From NCBI GenBank assembly GCA_046598345.1, contig JBKJIT010000004.1, forward strand, positions 201,226 through 265,225: a stretch of DNA of 64,000 bases, in the 5' to 3' direction. Origin of the DNA: Minisyncoccia bacterium. GTDB lineage: Bacteria; Patescibacteriota; Minisyncoccia; Phycocordibacterales; UBA918. Below, one piece after another: positions 29,483-38,568 of this stretch. The notes under the pieces were generated by a model, which was given only the letters and a program-made list of their open reading frames with translations, was not told the origin of the DNA and ran no database searches. A program made the translations under genes and the position numbers. How positions within the stretch are numbered: the first letter of the stretch is position 1; the number at the start of each line of letters is the position of its first letter.

Positions 29483-32400
29483 TTATTTAATTTCAGCTTT
29501 AAGATACTTTTTAACGACGAGGACGAGTGGCACCGTGAGTAGTAGGGAGATGATAAGGAGAATCCACCACTTCTTGTTTGGTGACCATCCAAAATTGTCT
29601 ACACTAAATGATGGTGTGCCAACCTCAATATCGAAGGTTGCAATGCGTGGTGCACTCTCCCCCTTAAGGACAAACGAGACGAAAGCGCGATACTGTCCTT
29701 CAGTCGGAAACTGAGTGGGTACTGAATAGGTTCGTCCACCTGCGGCGACCTCATGCCCATCTGCTATGCCCCCGTGTGCATATGCTACCGGAATACTAAA
29801 TAATGAAGGGGGCAACATTGAGTGTAAGTGTGGCATCGATTCATTAAATCCGGGAGCACCTGGTACGTTCTGGTCTCCAGCGGGAACCGTAGTCGGCTCT
29901 GGAAATGTAGTGTTGCCTGGGTAGGTCACGAAACGTACAGAACCGTCACTTCTCACAAAGGTAATGGTAATCGGTCGGGGAATTACATCGTCGAGCACCA
30001 TTGCTGCACCTTGAGAATCTGAAAATGTAAGTGCTAATAGCGTGTTCTTTCCTACTTCCACAAACCTAGTGTCAGCACTGACTGTGTATTCTCTATCACT
30101 TACTTGATCAGTATAGGAATATGCAAGTGGTTCAACACTTCCTGGGGTAACTGGTCCACCGGACGTTGCACCAGCTGGTGGAGGTGTTGATCCTGAAGCG
30201 GTTGGCTTCACAGTCGCGCGAAATTCATCCCCAATTGCATTTCCATTCTGATCTTCAACACGGAAAGAGAACATCATGCCTGCATGGAGGTGCTCCGAAA
30301 TGTGACAATGTGCCATCCATACACCAGGATTACTCATCTCAACTAGAACATCGATGTACTCACTTGGTGGCACAAGCGCTGTGTCCTTCCACACCATGTT
30401 GTCATTCGGCACGCCATTATTTGAGAGAACTACAAACCGTTGCCCATGAAAGTGGATTGGATGCTGCATGACGTGCGCGGCCATCATGTCATTCGTAAAT
30501 CTGATCTTTACGAGTGAACCTTGTTTAAAGGTCCAGTCATTGATACCCATATTGATCTTTCCGGTTGTCTGATCAATGATATTCCACGCCACATTTTCAG
30601 TCGTGTTAACTTTGTCAGTATTTTGTGCATCATCCCATTGCATTGCCTCAATACCACTTTGCATCATTGGCATTGCAGTTCCAGCGCCATGCCCATGTGG
30701 CATTGATTCATCCACTGATGTGGCCGAAGCAGCTCCTCCGTGTGCGTGTGCGTTGTGATCTACAGCACCGGTAAGTGTGACTGTGAGCAGTGCGCGCTTT
30801 TCAGGTTCTTGTGCCAAATACGCCTGTCTATACTGATCGAAAAGTGCTTTCTCTTCAATATTACGCCTGGCCACATTGAAGTTTTCAACATACGATGGTA
30901 ATGCCTCTTCTTCCTGTGCATCAAATTGAGCTACCACAATTTGGCGATCTGGAAGCATGTTCAGGAGTTTGTAGAGACCCTCCTCCGGGAAATACACTTC
31001 GACAACCAGTCGTTCTGCTGGCGAAAGAAGTACACTTTCCTCATACACTTCTTGTTCAAGTCTTCCCCATTCAGCTCCTACTACTTTTATTTGCGCCCCA
31101 GGGATAGCGAGCTTATAGGTACGTGCATTAGAAACATTGGTAAGGAAGAATCGAACTACCTCTCCCGCCTTTACATCGAGAAGTGCATCGGACTCTCCAT
31201 TAACGAGGTACATATTTCCAAAGCGACCAAGTAGTGCGTGATCAACCGTGTCTTTGTAGAAGTCAGCAATTTGATTGTTCTCAATGAGCACATCGTCAAT
31301 CATGATTGGCACTTCACGGTTCACCTCCGACCAATAGTCAGGGTTGTTCGATGCAACAATATAGCTTCCGTAGAGACCCATTTCTTGGCCATAATCATCT
31401 CTCGTGTGTGGGTGATACCAGGCAACACCAGCGTCGGGGAATGAGAGCGTATAGGTGAATGATTCCCCAGGTTTTACGACGTTTTGGGAAAGATCAGGAG
31501 TACCATCCATGAGATTGTTTAGGCGGAGACCGTGTGAGTGGATGGTTTGATCAACATCAGTATTGTTCTTGAAATTAACAGTAATCACAGAACCTTCAGT
31601 TGTTTTAATGAAAGGCCCAGGGACTGAACCATTGTACGCAAGCATGCGAACCATTTTGTTACCAATCTCCTTCTTTACGTACCCTGCTGTGATGTTATAC
31701 GTATCTCCATTTGCAAGCTCCACAAAGAGCGGGCCAGTAGCTTCTGGAAGACCTGTAATGTCTTTTGTAAATGTAGGGCGCTCTAGTACTGGTGCTTGCG
31801 TAGTGGGTGTCGCGACGTGATGTGTTGTTGCTGCGGGATCAAACTGTTTAAGATAGAAGTTTCGTGGAAGGAAATAAATGAAGAGAATTGCCAAGAATAC
31901 AGAAATCGCAATAAGATAATTGCGCTGAATGCCCAGTATTTTTTCTTCGTATCCGCGAGCAACTGGATCTTTGTAGACACCCGTCTCGCCATATGCAACC
32001 TTAGCTTCTTCGGCTCTTCGAGTTGCTTCAAGTGCATCAATTTCTTCACGGGCATGCTTAAGGTCATAGGTTACCTCGAGCTCATCGACATTCATCATGG
32101 TTTCGACTTGACGTCGATCCCTTTCGAGACGATCTATTTGCGCTTCAAGTGCTGCAACCTTGTACGCAGGACTATTATGCATCTCTCGTCGTCGACGTGC
32201 GTACCACCACCAAATCGGAAGTAGCCACACAAACACGAGGAACCAACTTCCGAGTTCAAGTGGAAGCCCGAAAAGACCAGTACCTGCTTCAATTCCATGT
32301 AGATGAGCAACATTTGTGCCAAGCGTATCGTTCATTATGGCGTTCACCTTCCCTTCCTGCGTCACTGATTCAAGCGCACTATGAATGCCTGAGTTCACCC

Positions 32401-33232
32401 ACCACTTATGTGAGAAAAGTCCAAGCGTAAGAATAAACCCAGAAACGAACACCATAGCCCAACCCGTTGCACGTTCGAGCTTGTCCTTACGAGCCATGAG
32501 CCAGTTAAGACCGTTTACTCCAAGAATTGCGAGGAATGCAAGAAGAAGAAGTGGTAGCACACGTCCTACGGCGTGAATGAGGAACATCGTCCATCCATAA
32601 AGTACATCTCCACTCGAAGCTATTTCAATCAAAATAAGCGGCGTTGCTGGATGCGGGCAGCCAACCCCTACATTTCCTAAAAATGCGCCAAGAAAGAACG
32701 CCTTGAGAATTTCCTGTCTTTTTTGAATAAATGCCGGCGCCGCACCTGAATAGGTCGGCATATGAAAATTCATGAGTCCTATTTCCGAGAGCGCAAAAAG
32801 AAGCGCAAACGTACCGGCACCAAAATAAATCCAGTTCTTAATAGCTTCCAGATCAGCCCCAAGTGAACTTACTGCAATTCCACCGAGAAGAGCTGCTGCA
32901 ATACCATAGAGACTGAGTGTAAAAGCAACTCCAAAACCGAATGCGAGTGCCATACTAAGGCCCTTTATCATTCCCTTTCCCATAGAGAGCGGAACAATAA
33001 CGAACGCAAGCGGCAGTGTGCATGGCATTACGATCATTGTTAGACCTGTTGCAAATGAAAATAAATACCAGCCGATACTGCCATCTGGTACTGACGGAGC
33101 AATTACAAAAAGATAGAGAAGCCCGAAAATAATGGCTGCTGCCACAAAGAGTGTGCCACTGATGAGCCAACCCCGAAGCCCTGACATTCCGCCCGGGGAC
33201 GCTAGAGATGAGGATGGGGTTTCTGTTGTCAT
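29483..33232 (-). CDS. fusion protein: CcdA/DsbD-type thiol-disulfide transporter TM domain + three-domain multicopper oxidase (CueO-like, Met/His-rich insert) + C-terminal domain and TM anchor
   Basis: N-terminal ~300 aa is a polytopic TM domain with CcdA-like paired Cys motifs (MPCTLPLAFV; GVGCPHPATP). The MCO copper motifs are HSHGLRL, WYHPH, HPIHFHGQRF and HCHISEHLHAGM. The Met/His-rich run is DHNAHAHGG..MPHGHGAGTAMPMM. It ends with a terminal hydrophobic helix. Single uninterrupted 1249-codon ORF. Confidence 0.85.
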   Translation of the reverse strand: MTTETPSSSLASPGGMSGLRGWLISGTLFVAAAIIFGLLYLFVIAPSVPDGSIGWYLFSFATGLTMIVMPCTLPLAFVIVPLSMGKGMIKGLSMALAFGFGVAFTLSLYGIAAALLGGIAVSSLGADLEAIKNWIYFGAGTFALLFALSEIGLMNFHMPTYSGAAPAFIQKRQEILKAFFLGAFLGNVGVGCPHPATPLILIEIASSGDVLYGWTMFLIHAVGRVLPLLLLAFLAILGVNGLNWLMARKDKLERATGWAMVFVSGFILTLGLFSHKWWVNSGIHSALESVTQEGKVNAIMNDTLGTNVAHLHGIEAGTGLFGLPLELGSWFLVFVWLLPIWWWYARRRREMHNSPAYKVAALEAQIDRLERDRRQVETMMNVDELEVTYDLKHAREEIDALEATRRAEEAKVAYGETGVYKDPVARGYEEKILGIQRNYLIAISVFLAILFIYFLPRNFYLKQFDPAATTHHVATPTTQAPVLERPTFTKDITGLPEATGPLFVELANGDTYNITAGYVKKEIGNKMVRMLAYNGSVPGPFIKTTEGSVITVNFKNNTDVDQTIHSHGLRLNNLMDGTPDLSQNVVKPGESFTYTLSFPDAGVAWYHPHTRDDYGQEMGLYGSYIVASNNPDYWSEVNREVPIMIDDVLIENNQIADFYKDTVDHALLGRFGNMYLVNGESDALLDVKAGEVVRFFLTNVSNARTYKLAIPGAQIKVVGAEWGRLEQEVYEESVLLSPAERLVVEVYFPEEGLYKLLNMLPDRQIVVAQFDAQEEEALPSYVENFNVARRNIEEKALFDQYRQAYLAQEPEKRALLTVTLTGAVDHNAHAHGGAASATSVDESMPHGHGAGTAMPMMQSGIEAMQWDDAQNTDKVNTTENVAWNIIDQTTGKINMGINDWTFKQGSLVKIRFTNDMMAAHVMQHPIHFHGQRFVVLSNNGVPNDNMVWKDTALVPPSEYIDVLVEMSNPGVWMAHCHISEHLHAGMMFSFRVEDQNGNAIGDEFRATVKPTASGSTPPPAGATSGGPVTPGSVEPLAYSYTDQVSDREYTVSADTRFVEVGKNTLLALTFSDSQGAAMVLDDVIPRPITITFVRSDGSVRFVTYPGNTTFPEPTTVPAGDQNVPGAPGFNESMPHLHSMLPPSLFSIPVAYAHGGIADGHEVAAGGRTYSVPTQFPTEGQYRAFVSFVLKGESAPRIATFDIEVGTPSFSVDNFGWSPNKKWWILLIISLLLTVPLVLVVKKYLKAEIK

Positions 33233-33236
33233 ACGC

Positions 33237-33497
33237 TTATGAAAGTTCCTTTAACTTATTTATAAAATCTTTTTCGTTCACCCCTCCGGTTGAGAAAAGC
33301 TCGCCATTTATGATAATTCCTGGAGAGGCAAATATTTGATGCTTTTGTACAAGTTCTTGTCCTGCAGGATCCATAAGGCTTACCTCTGAGAATTTTACAT
33401 TCGGCCAATCCGCTTTTATCGTCTCCCAAAACGCTTTAAAAGCCGCGCAGTGTGTGCATCCCGGTGATGATAGTTCCTCAAGTAAAATTTCTCGCAT
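33237..33497 (-). CDS. small cytoplasmic thioredoxin-fold protein (CxxC = CTHC), the usual CcdA partner type
   Basis: 86 aa with SPGCTHCAAF and no signal peptide. Ends 4 nt before the CcdA-MCO start. Confidence 0.7.
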   Translation of the reverse strand: MREILLEELSSPGCTHCAAFKAFWETIKADWPNVKFSEVSLMDPAGQELVQKHQIFASPGIIINGELFSTGGVNEKDFINKLKELS

Positions 33498-33580
33498 GCA
33501 AAATGCTCTTAGGTGATTACTAGTTCATTGTAACAACTCATTCTTTTAGTTTTGTCGAGTTGTACCCAGAAAATCTGAAG

Positions 33581-34153
33581 CTAGCAAGAAATTTCTTGAT
33601 ATCTAAAACAATCTTTGATGTGATCGTTTACCATTCCTACAGCTTGCATGTGCGCGTACCAAACTGTCGGTCCCAAGAACTTAAAACCTCGCTTTTTAAG
33701 ATCTTTAGACATTGCTATAGCCAGATCGGTGATCACAGGAATGTTCTTCCCCGTCTTTCTTTTTCCATCAATTGGTTTATCTGCAACCCAATTCCACATG
33801 TACGTACTAAAACTTCCAAACTCTTTCTGAACCTTAAGAAATGCCTGAGCATTTGTAATCGTCGAAGTAATTTTAAGACGATTTCTAATTACAGATGCCT
33901 CATTACAGAGCCTCTCAGCGTCTTGTCCAGTCATTTTTGCTACTTTCTTTGGCTCAAAATTTTTGAATGCTTTCCTATACCCTTCTCGCTTATTTAAAAT
34001 GATTCTCCAGGAAAGCCCTGCTTGGGCACTTTCGAGCACTATAAATTCAAAGAGTTTTTGATCGTCGTATATTGGTACTCCCCATTCTTCATCATGGTAC
34101 TTAACATAGAGATCGTCACCTCCTTCTGTCCATTTGCATCTTTTCATATGCAA
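33581..34153 (-). CDS. tag: DNA-3-methyladenine glycosylase I
   Basis: MKRCKWTEGGDDLYVKYHDEEWGVP...LESAQAGLSW is a Tag hallmark. Confidence 0.9.
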   Translation of the reverse strand: MHMKRCKWTEGGDDLYVKYHDEEWGVPIYDDQKLFEFIVLESAQAGLSWRIILNKREGYRKAFKNFEPKKVAKMTGQDAERLCNEASVIRNRLKITSTITNAQAFLKVQKEFGSFSTYMWNWVADKPIDGKRKTGKNIPVITDLAIAMSKDLKKRGFKFLGPTVWYAHMQAVGMVNDHIKDCFRYQEISC

Positions 34154-34335
34154 AGAGTACCAATTAACTGGTCCGTCTTACAGACGCTGTACACCCTGTC
34201 GATATTTCTTTTCGTCTCCTCAAGGAGTATCTGACAGGGTCTTGCGAAAGTCTCCCAGACTTTCTCACCCCATTCAGTATCGTGATAACGAATATACAGC
34301 TCATCTCCGTTTTTTACCCAGTCGCACCGTCTCAT
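34144..34335 (-). pseudogene. truncated, degenerate second copy of the tag N-terminus
   Basis: MRRCDWVKNGDELYIRYHDTEWGE parallels the Tag N-terminus. It then degenerates, with an apparent ~10-aa deletion, and stops after 63 aa. The repeat element 34241-34267 lies inside it. Confidence 0.45.
34241..34267 (+). repeat. second copy of the palindromic element cttgcGAAAGTctcccagACTTTCtca
   Basis: 25 of 27 identical to 26522-26548. It lies 88-114 bp upstream of the tag start. Confidence 0.6.
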
Positions 34336-34468
34336 ATTTTTATGTGTATCAGTCCTTGAAACTTCATGCGTGAGCTATATACCTTGTCGCTATTATTTTT
34401 GATTGCAGAGATTCTAGCTGAAAAAGTCCTGCAAGATGAAAATACAAAATCTTGTACAAAAATGTGTT

Positions 34469-34933
34469 TTAGCGAGTCACGACCATCTCTTCATCTTCAG
34501 TGTACGCGAATGGAGCGCAAACACTGATGCGACCCCCTGGTGTCTTAATAATCCTGTATGAAGTTCCTTGGTCAGTAGACTCAGCAGGATCACTTGGAAT
34601 GTTAGTCAAATACTTCTCGTCGGTAATCAAATCGTCAATTCTAATACCATCACAAGAAAAACCTACTTTACAAATATCAAGTCCATCTTCAATGCACGAT
34701 GCCCCAGTAGGAATATCTCCTGGGTATGTACCTTGATTATCAATAGCATATTGGTGCACAGCATCAAGAATTGATCGAATATCACTTCTTCTTTGGGCAT
34801 CTTGTGCCTCACTAAATTGCTTTCCAGGATTAATCGCAACAATCACTACGGCAGCTAGAATTGCAAGAATTGCAATAACAAGAAGTACTTCAATAAGAGT
34901 GAAACCCTGTGTGTTGTTATTTCCTTTAAGCAT
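34469..34933 (-). CDS. type IV pilin / pseudopilin (prepilin-type N-terminal methylation domain)
   Basis: TQGFTLIEVLLVIAILAILAAVV is a class III signal with G|FTLIE. 5 Cys in the globular part. Confidence 0.8.
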   Translation of the reverse strand: MLKGNNNTQGFTLIEVLLVIAILAILAAVVIVAINPGKQFSEAQDAQRRSDIRSILDAVHQYAIDNQGTYPGDIPTGASCIEDGLDICKVGFSCDGIRIDDLITDEKYLTNIPSDPAESTDQGTSYRIIKTPGGRISVCAPFAYTEDEEMVVTR

Positions 34934-35160
34934 ACTTTGTTAAAAACTAATATGGCTACAATAACGGCAACATTACCATCACGTCAACAGTATACAATAT
35001 GGTTACTCTATCTTTTGGTATTCTATTTATAAGAGTCTTAATCCTGTACTAGTTTCTACATACAATGACATTTCTTCATATTTACTTAAATTCAAATAAA
35101 AACACATTCTCAACTCTTTCTGGCTTAGACACTGCAGTCTTCACTCTGGGATAGACTGTA

Positions 35161-35189
35161 TTGACCAAAAAGCTGAATTTGCGTATGAT
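35161..35189 (+). promoter_or_regulatory. candidate sigma70-type promoter for tRNA-Ala (TTGACC-17-TATGAT)
   Basis: TTGACC at 35161-35166 and TATGAT at 35184-35189. The tRNA starts 28 nt downstream. Confidence 0.4.
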
Positions 35190-35217
35190 TGGCGGGCTTA
35201 ATGTTTAATTTCAGAGT

Positions 35218-35291
35218 GGGCCCGTAGCTCAGTTGGCTAGAGCGTCTGTTTTGCACTCAGAAGGTCGCAGGTTCAATTCCTGTCGGGTCCA
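35218..35291 (+). tRNA. tRNA-Ala (anticodon TGC)
   Basis: Manual cloverleaf: acceptor GGGCCCG/CGGGTCC with the G3:U70 Ala identity pair, D-arm GCTC/GAGC, anticodon loop TTTGCAC, T-arm GCAGG-TTCAATT-CCTGT. No CCA encoded. Confidence 0.88.
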
Positions 35292-35352
35292 CTCTGAAAT
35301 AAAACAAGTAGGTACGTAGCTAAGGCTTAACCTATTATATAGTTGGCTATTC

Positions 35353-35381
35353 AAAATCCGTCTCCCAGACGGATTTTGCTA
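35353..35381 (+). terminator. hairpin aaaatccgtct-ccc-agacggatttt after tRNA-Ala
   Basis: Perfect 11-bp stem with 3-nt loop, followed by gctattttg. Confidence 0.5.
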
Positions 35382-35393
35382 TTTTGCGCAGAG

Positions 35394-35460
35394 AAGGTAG
35401 AAAAGTATGGGATATTTTTCTAAATCCTTGAGCATCCGCCAGCTGGCTGAGTGCGAAAAG
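35394..35460 (-). repeat. composite repeat (module 2 then module 1, inverted relative to the copy at 44637-44694)
   Basis: Reverse complement of 35426-35460 = ttttcgcactcagccagctggcggatgctcaagg, compared with 44637-44669 = tttcgcactccgccagctagcggatgctctagg. 35394-35420 is related to the GAAAGT...ACTTTC palindromic module. Confidence 0.55.
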
Positions 35461-35632
35461 TGTACTGACCATGTTAATGCTGTCGAGGGCACAATTTAAT
35501 TGCCCAAAGCTGGCATTACTATCGTATATCCACGCACTGTGAAGAAATAAAAAATTGATTAGAGTGATACACTTTACTAATGATATTGGTGAACGTCCTA
35601 ATGAATAACATTTAATAAAATTTAAATACATT

Positions 35633-36976
35633 ATGAAAAAAGTTGTTATCCTACTTATTTTACTGGTTATTCTTGGAGGAGTAAGTGTTGCTTATTATTT
35701 TTCAAGTGAACCAAAGGAGCTACAATCGAATGAGTCAATAATTATCCTATGGGCAGAATGGGCTCCTGCTGATTCACTTAAGGAACTTGTAAAAGATTTC
35801 ACAAAAGAAACTGGCATTGATGTAACTGTTGCTACTGTGCCCTGGGCTGATTTTTCAAAAACAACCTTTGATGTATTTGAAAAGAAAGGTCAAGATTTTG
35901 ACATGGTAGTAGGTGATTCGCAATGGCTTGGAAAAGGTTCACGTGACGGGAATTATGTTGAATTAACTCAGTTTGTTAAAGCAAACAAGATTAATGAGTC
36001 TATGCATCCAGTTGCACTTGAGGGGTACGGGGAGTATCCAAAAGGAAGCCATAGATACTGGGCAGTACCACTAGAAGGCGATGCGTTTGGATGGGCATAT
36101 CGTAAAGATCTTTTTGAGGATGCAACCGAAAAAGCTGCTTTCATGAAAAAATATGGTTACCCTCTTGATGTTCCTGAAACATGGGCACAAGTACGAGACA
36201 CAGCCGAATTTTTTCATCGACCGGAAAGTGGATTTTACGGCATTGGCATTCCTACAGGAGTTGCTCATGACACTCTTTCTATGGGAGTTGAAAATCTTAT
36301 CTGGGCGATGGGTGGAGAGCTTGGTGATTATGAGTCACATAAAGTTGAAGGAATACTCAATAGTAACAAAAGCATTGCTGGACTTGAATTCTACAAGGAA
36401 TTATACAAATTTACTCCACCAAATTACGAAGATGCTTTTTACACTGTTCCGCTCGTTGATTTTGAAAAAGGAAAATTGCCGATGTTCTTTAGTTATTTTG
36501 CTTTTTTTCCTGAGCTCGAAGATCCATCAAAAAATCCACATTATGAAAATACTGGCTATTTTGCTATGCCAAAGGGTCCGCTTGGTGATCGAGTTGCTTC
36601 GCTTGGAGGGCAAGGACTTTCAATTAACAGCTATTCAACCAAGAAGGATGCCTCACTCACATTCATGAAATGGTTTATTAAAGAGGATGTCCAGCAGAAA
36701 TGGGCGAGATTGGGTGGGTTCAGTGTGAATAAGAAAGTTCTTGCATCCGATGAATTTTTAACCACAGGTGCTCGCTTCAACCCCGTATTTGCAGAGTCTA
36801 TAGGAATGTTAAAAGATTTTTGGGCTGACCCAGTATATTCAGAACTACTTGAGGCATCACAAGCTAGATGGAGTAAATTCATAACTACTGATGAAGTCAC
36901 CGCGCAAAAAACAATGGATACGCTTGCGGAGGAATGGGAGAATATATTTGAAATTAACGGTTATTATAGAGAATAA
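35633..36976 (+). CDS. extracellular solute-binding protein, family 1 (sugar-type SBP); no cognate ABC permease/ATPase adjacent
   Basis: N-terminal signal/anchor, ~420-aa SBP_bac_1-like body (WAEWAPADSLKELVKDF...). The next plus-strand genes are a sensor and a small membrane protein. Confidence 0.8.
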   Translation: MKKVVILLILLVILGGVSVAYYFSSEPKELQSNESIIILWAEWAPADSLKELVKDFTKETGIDVTVATVPWADFSKTTFDVFEKKGQDFDMVVGDSQWLGKGSRDGNYVELTQFVKANKINESMHPVALEGYGEYPKGSHRYWAVPLEGDAFGWAYRKDLFEDATEKAAFMKKYGYPLDVPETWAQVRDTAEFFHRPESGFYGIGIPTGVAHDTLSMGVENLIWAMGGELGDYESHKVEGILNSNKSIAGLEFYKELYKFTPPNYEDAFYTVPLVDFEKGKLPMFFSYFAFFPELEDPSKNPHYENTGYFAMPKGPLGDRVASLGGQGLSINSYSTKKDASLTFMKWFIKEDVQQKWARLGGFSVNKKVLASDEFLTTGARFNPVFAESIGMLKDFWADPVYSELLEASQARWSKFITTDEVTAQKTMDTLAEEWENIFEINGYYRE

Positions 36977-36985
36977 GTAGATTCA

Positions 36986-38392
36986 GTGCTCATGAAAGGA
37001 GGAAGGAAAACTATTGGATTGAAGCTGGGGATTATGCTCCTATGCATGGTTACTATACCCACTCTTTCACTTGGCCTTCTTACATACTTTACGTTTAAAA
37101 ATGAAACAAATACAAGTGCGGCTACTGAACTTGCAGTCATTGCTCATGACTGGAAAGTCATTACTGAGACGTATATACAGCAAGAAGAGCGGGTTCTGCG
37201 TCGTGAGGAAACTCTTGTTGAAACACGCCTTAAATCGATCTCACTTCATGTCAAAGCACTCATTGAAGCCGAAGAAGACGAGTCTGGAACCGTTTCAGAA
37301 CATGTAATTGAGCTTATTGATAGTATTGAGTTAGGACGTAATGGATATGTTTTTTTGCTTGATTATGCGGGAAATTTTGTTCAAACAAATACACAAACGA
37401 ATCAAAGCAAGAAATTCTCAAAAGTCACAAATAATGAAGGCGAGGATATAACTGCTGAGATTCTTAAGAAAAGCCATGAGCTTCGTAATGGTCAAACGTA
37501 TACCGCACAATTTGTATGGTATGAAGAGGGATCAAACGAACCTCGAAAACAACTCGCGGTTTTTAGTTATAGTGAAAAACTAGATATTATCGTTGGCGCT
37601 CTTTCTTTCTATTCAGATTTTCAAAGCTCAGATCTACGATGGATACTTCAAGATGAGCTGCGTACCCTGATGTCAGAGCAAACGATAAAGGATAATGGTT
37701 ATGTTTGGGCCTTGAATAGTCAAGGAGATTATCTTGTCTCAAAGGAAAAACTACGCGATGGAGAAAATATTTATAGTACACAAGATTCAAAGGGACAATA
37801 TATCATTCAAGATCTTATAGCTTCTGTTACTGCACTCGAAGCAGACGGGATCTATACGACTCAATTTGCATGGAAAAATTTGGGAGAAATTAGTGCTAAA
37901 GAACAACTAACTGCAGCAACGTATGTTCCTGAATGGGATTGGATCATTGCAGTGAGTGCAAACGAAGATGATTATCTAAAAGGGCTAACCCGCATTCAGT
38001 GGTATATTTTCTTTGTGAGTATTTTTGCGATTCTTGCAGGCTCTCTTGCAAGTTATATTTTTTCTCAATACATTACAAGGCCACTCAAATCGCTTCAGAA
38101 AGCCGCCCTAGAAATGAGGGATGGTAATCTAGATCACCCAATTACAAACTCTTCACACGATGAAGTGGGATTACTTGCTGATGATCTTGAGGTTATGAGA
38201 CAGCAACTAAAAAGCCGAAATCAAAACTTGGAGCAAACTAATACTGCTCTCAAGGAATTATCTCTAGATCTGACTACGAAAAATGAATCCGTTGAAAAGC
38301 TCAACAAGTTTATGATTGATAGAGAACTCAAAATGATAGAGCTAAAAAAGGAAATTGTAGATCTTAAGAAAAAGAATTTTCCTAATTCTTAA
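36986..38392 (+). CDS. membrane sensor with periplasmic double-Cache-like domain, HAMP domain and C-terminal coiled coil, no recognisable output domain
   Basis: TM1 (LLCMVTIPTLSLGLL), ~300-aa extracytoplasmic region, TM2 (IQWYIFFVSIFAILAGSLASYIF), HAMP-like ITRPLKSLQKAALEMRDGNLDHPI...DEVGLLADDLEVM, then ~70 aa of heptad-like sequence to the stop. Confidence 0.65.
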   Translation: MLMKGGRKTIGLKLGIMLLCMVTIPTLSLGLLTYFTFKNETNTSAATELAVIAHDWKVITETYIQQEERVLRREETLVETRLKSISLHVKALIEAEEDESGTVSEHVIELIDSIELGRNGYVFLLDYAGNFVQTNTQTNQSKKFSKVTNNEGEDITAEILKKSHELRNGQTYTAQFVWYEEGSNEPRKQLAVFSYSEKLDIIVGALSFYSDFQSSDLRWILQDELRTLMSEQTIKDNGYVWALNSQGDYLVSKEKLRDGENIYSTQDSKGQYIIQDLIASVTALEADGIYTTQFAWKNLGEISAKEQLTAATYVPEWDWIIAVSANEDDYLKGLTRIQWYIFFVSIFAILAGSLASYIFSQYITRPLKSLQKAALEMRDGNLDHPITNSSHDEVGLLADDLEVMRQQLKSRNQNLEQTNTALKELSLDLTTKNESVEKLNKFMIDRELKMIELKKEIVDLKKKNFPNS

Positions 38393-38568
38393 TTAAAACC
38401 TTAGCTCGCAGGACCCTCGTCGCAAGCGGATGGCGCATTCTTATCGTTCGTTAGCAAATCTTCTTCTACAGTCACACTAAAATATCATACAATCTGAACC
38501 GTTCATGTAATGCAGAATTCCTGTGAGCTGCCTATCTATGGCATCAGCTTGATATTCTGTGGCATACT

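Noticed and set aside
29264-29592. Upstream in-frame extension of the cupredoxin-like ORF (MDGHQTRSGG...) and the antisense 92-aa ORF
   Set aside because: The extension overlaps the end of the 1249-aa gene. The internal Met followed by a hydrophobic anchor immediately after the upstream stop is the coherent start.
35347-35631. 94-aa minus ORF between tRNA-Ala and the SBP gene
   Set aside because: It lies across the repeat modules and a promoter region with no coding signature. It is more likely non-coding.
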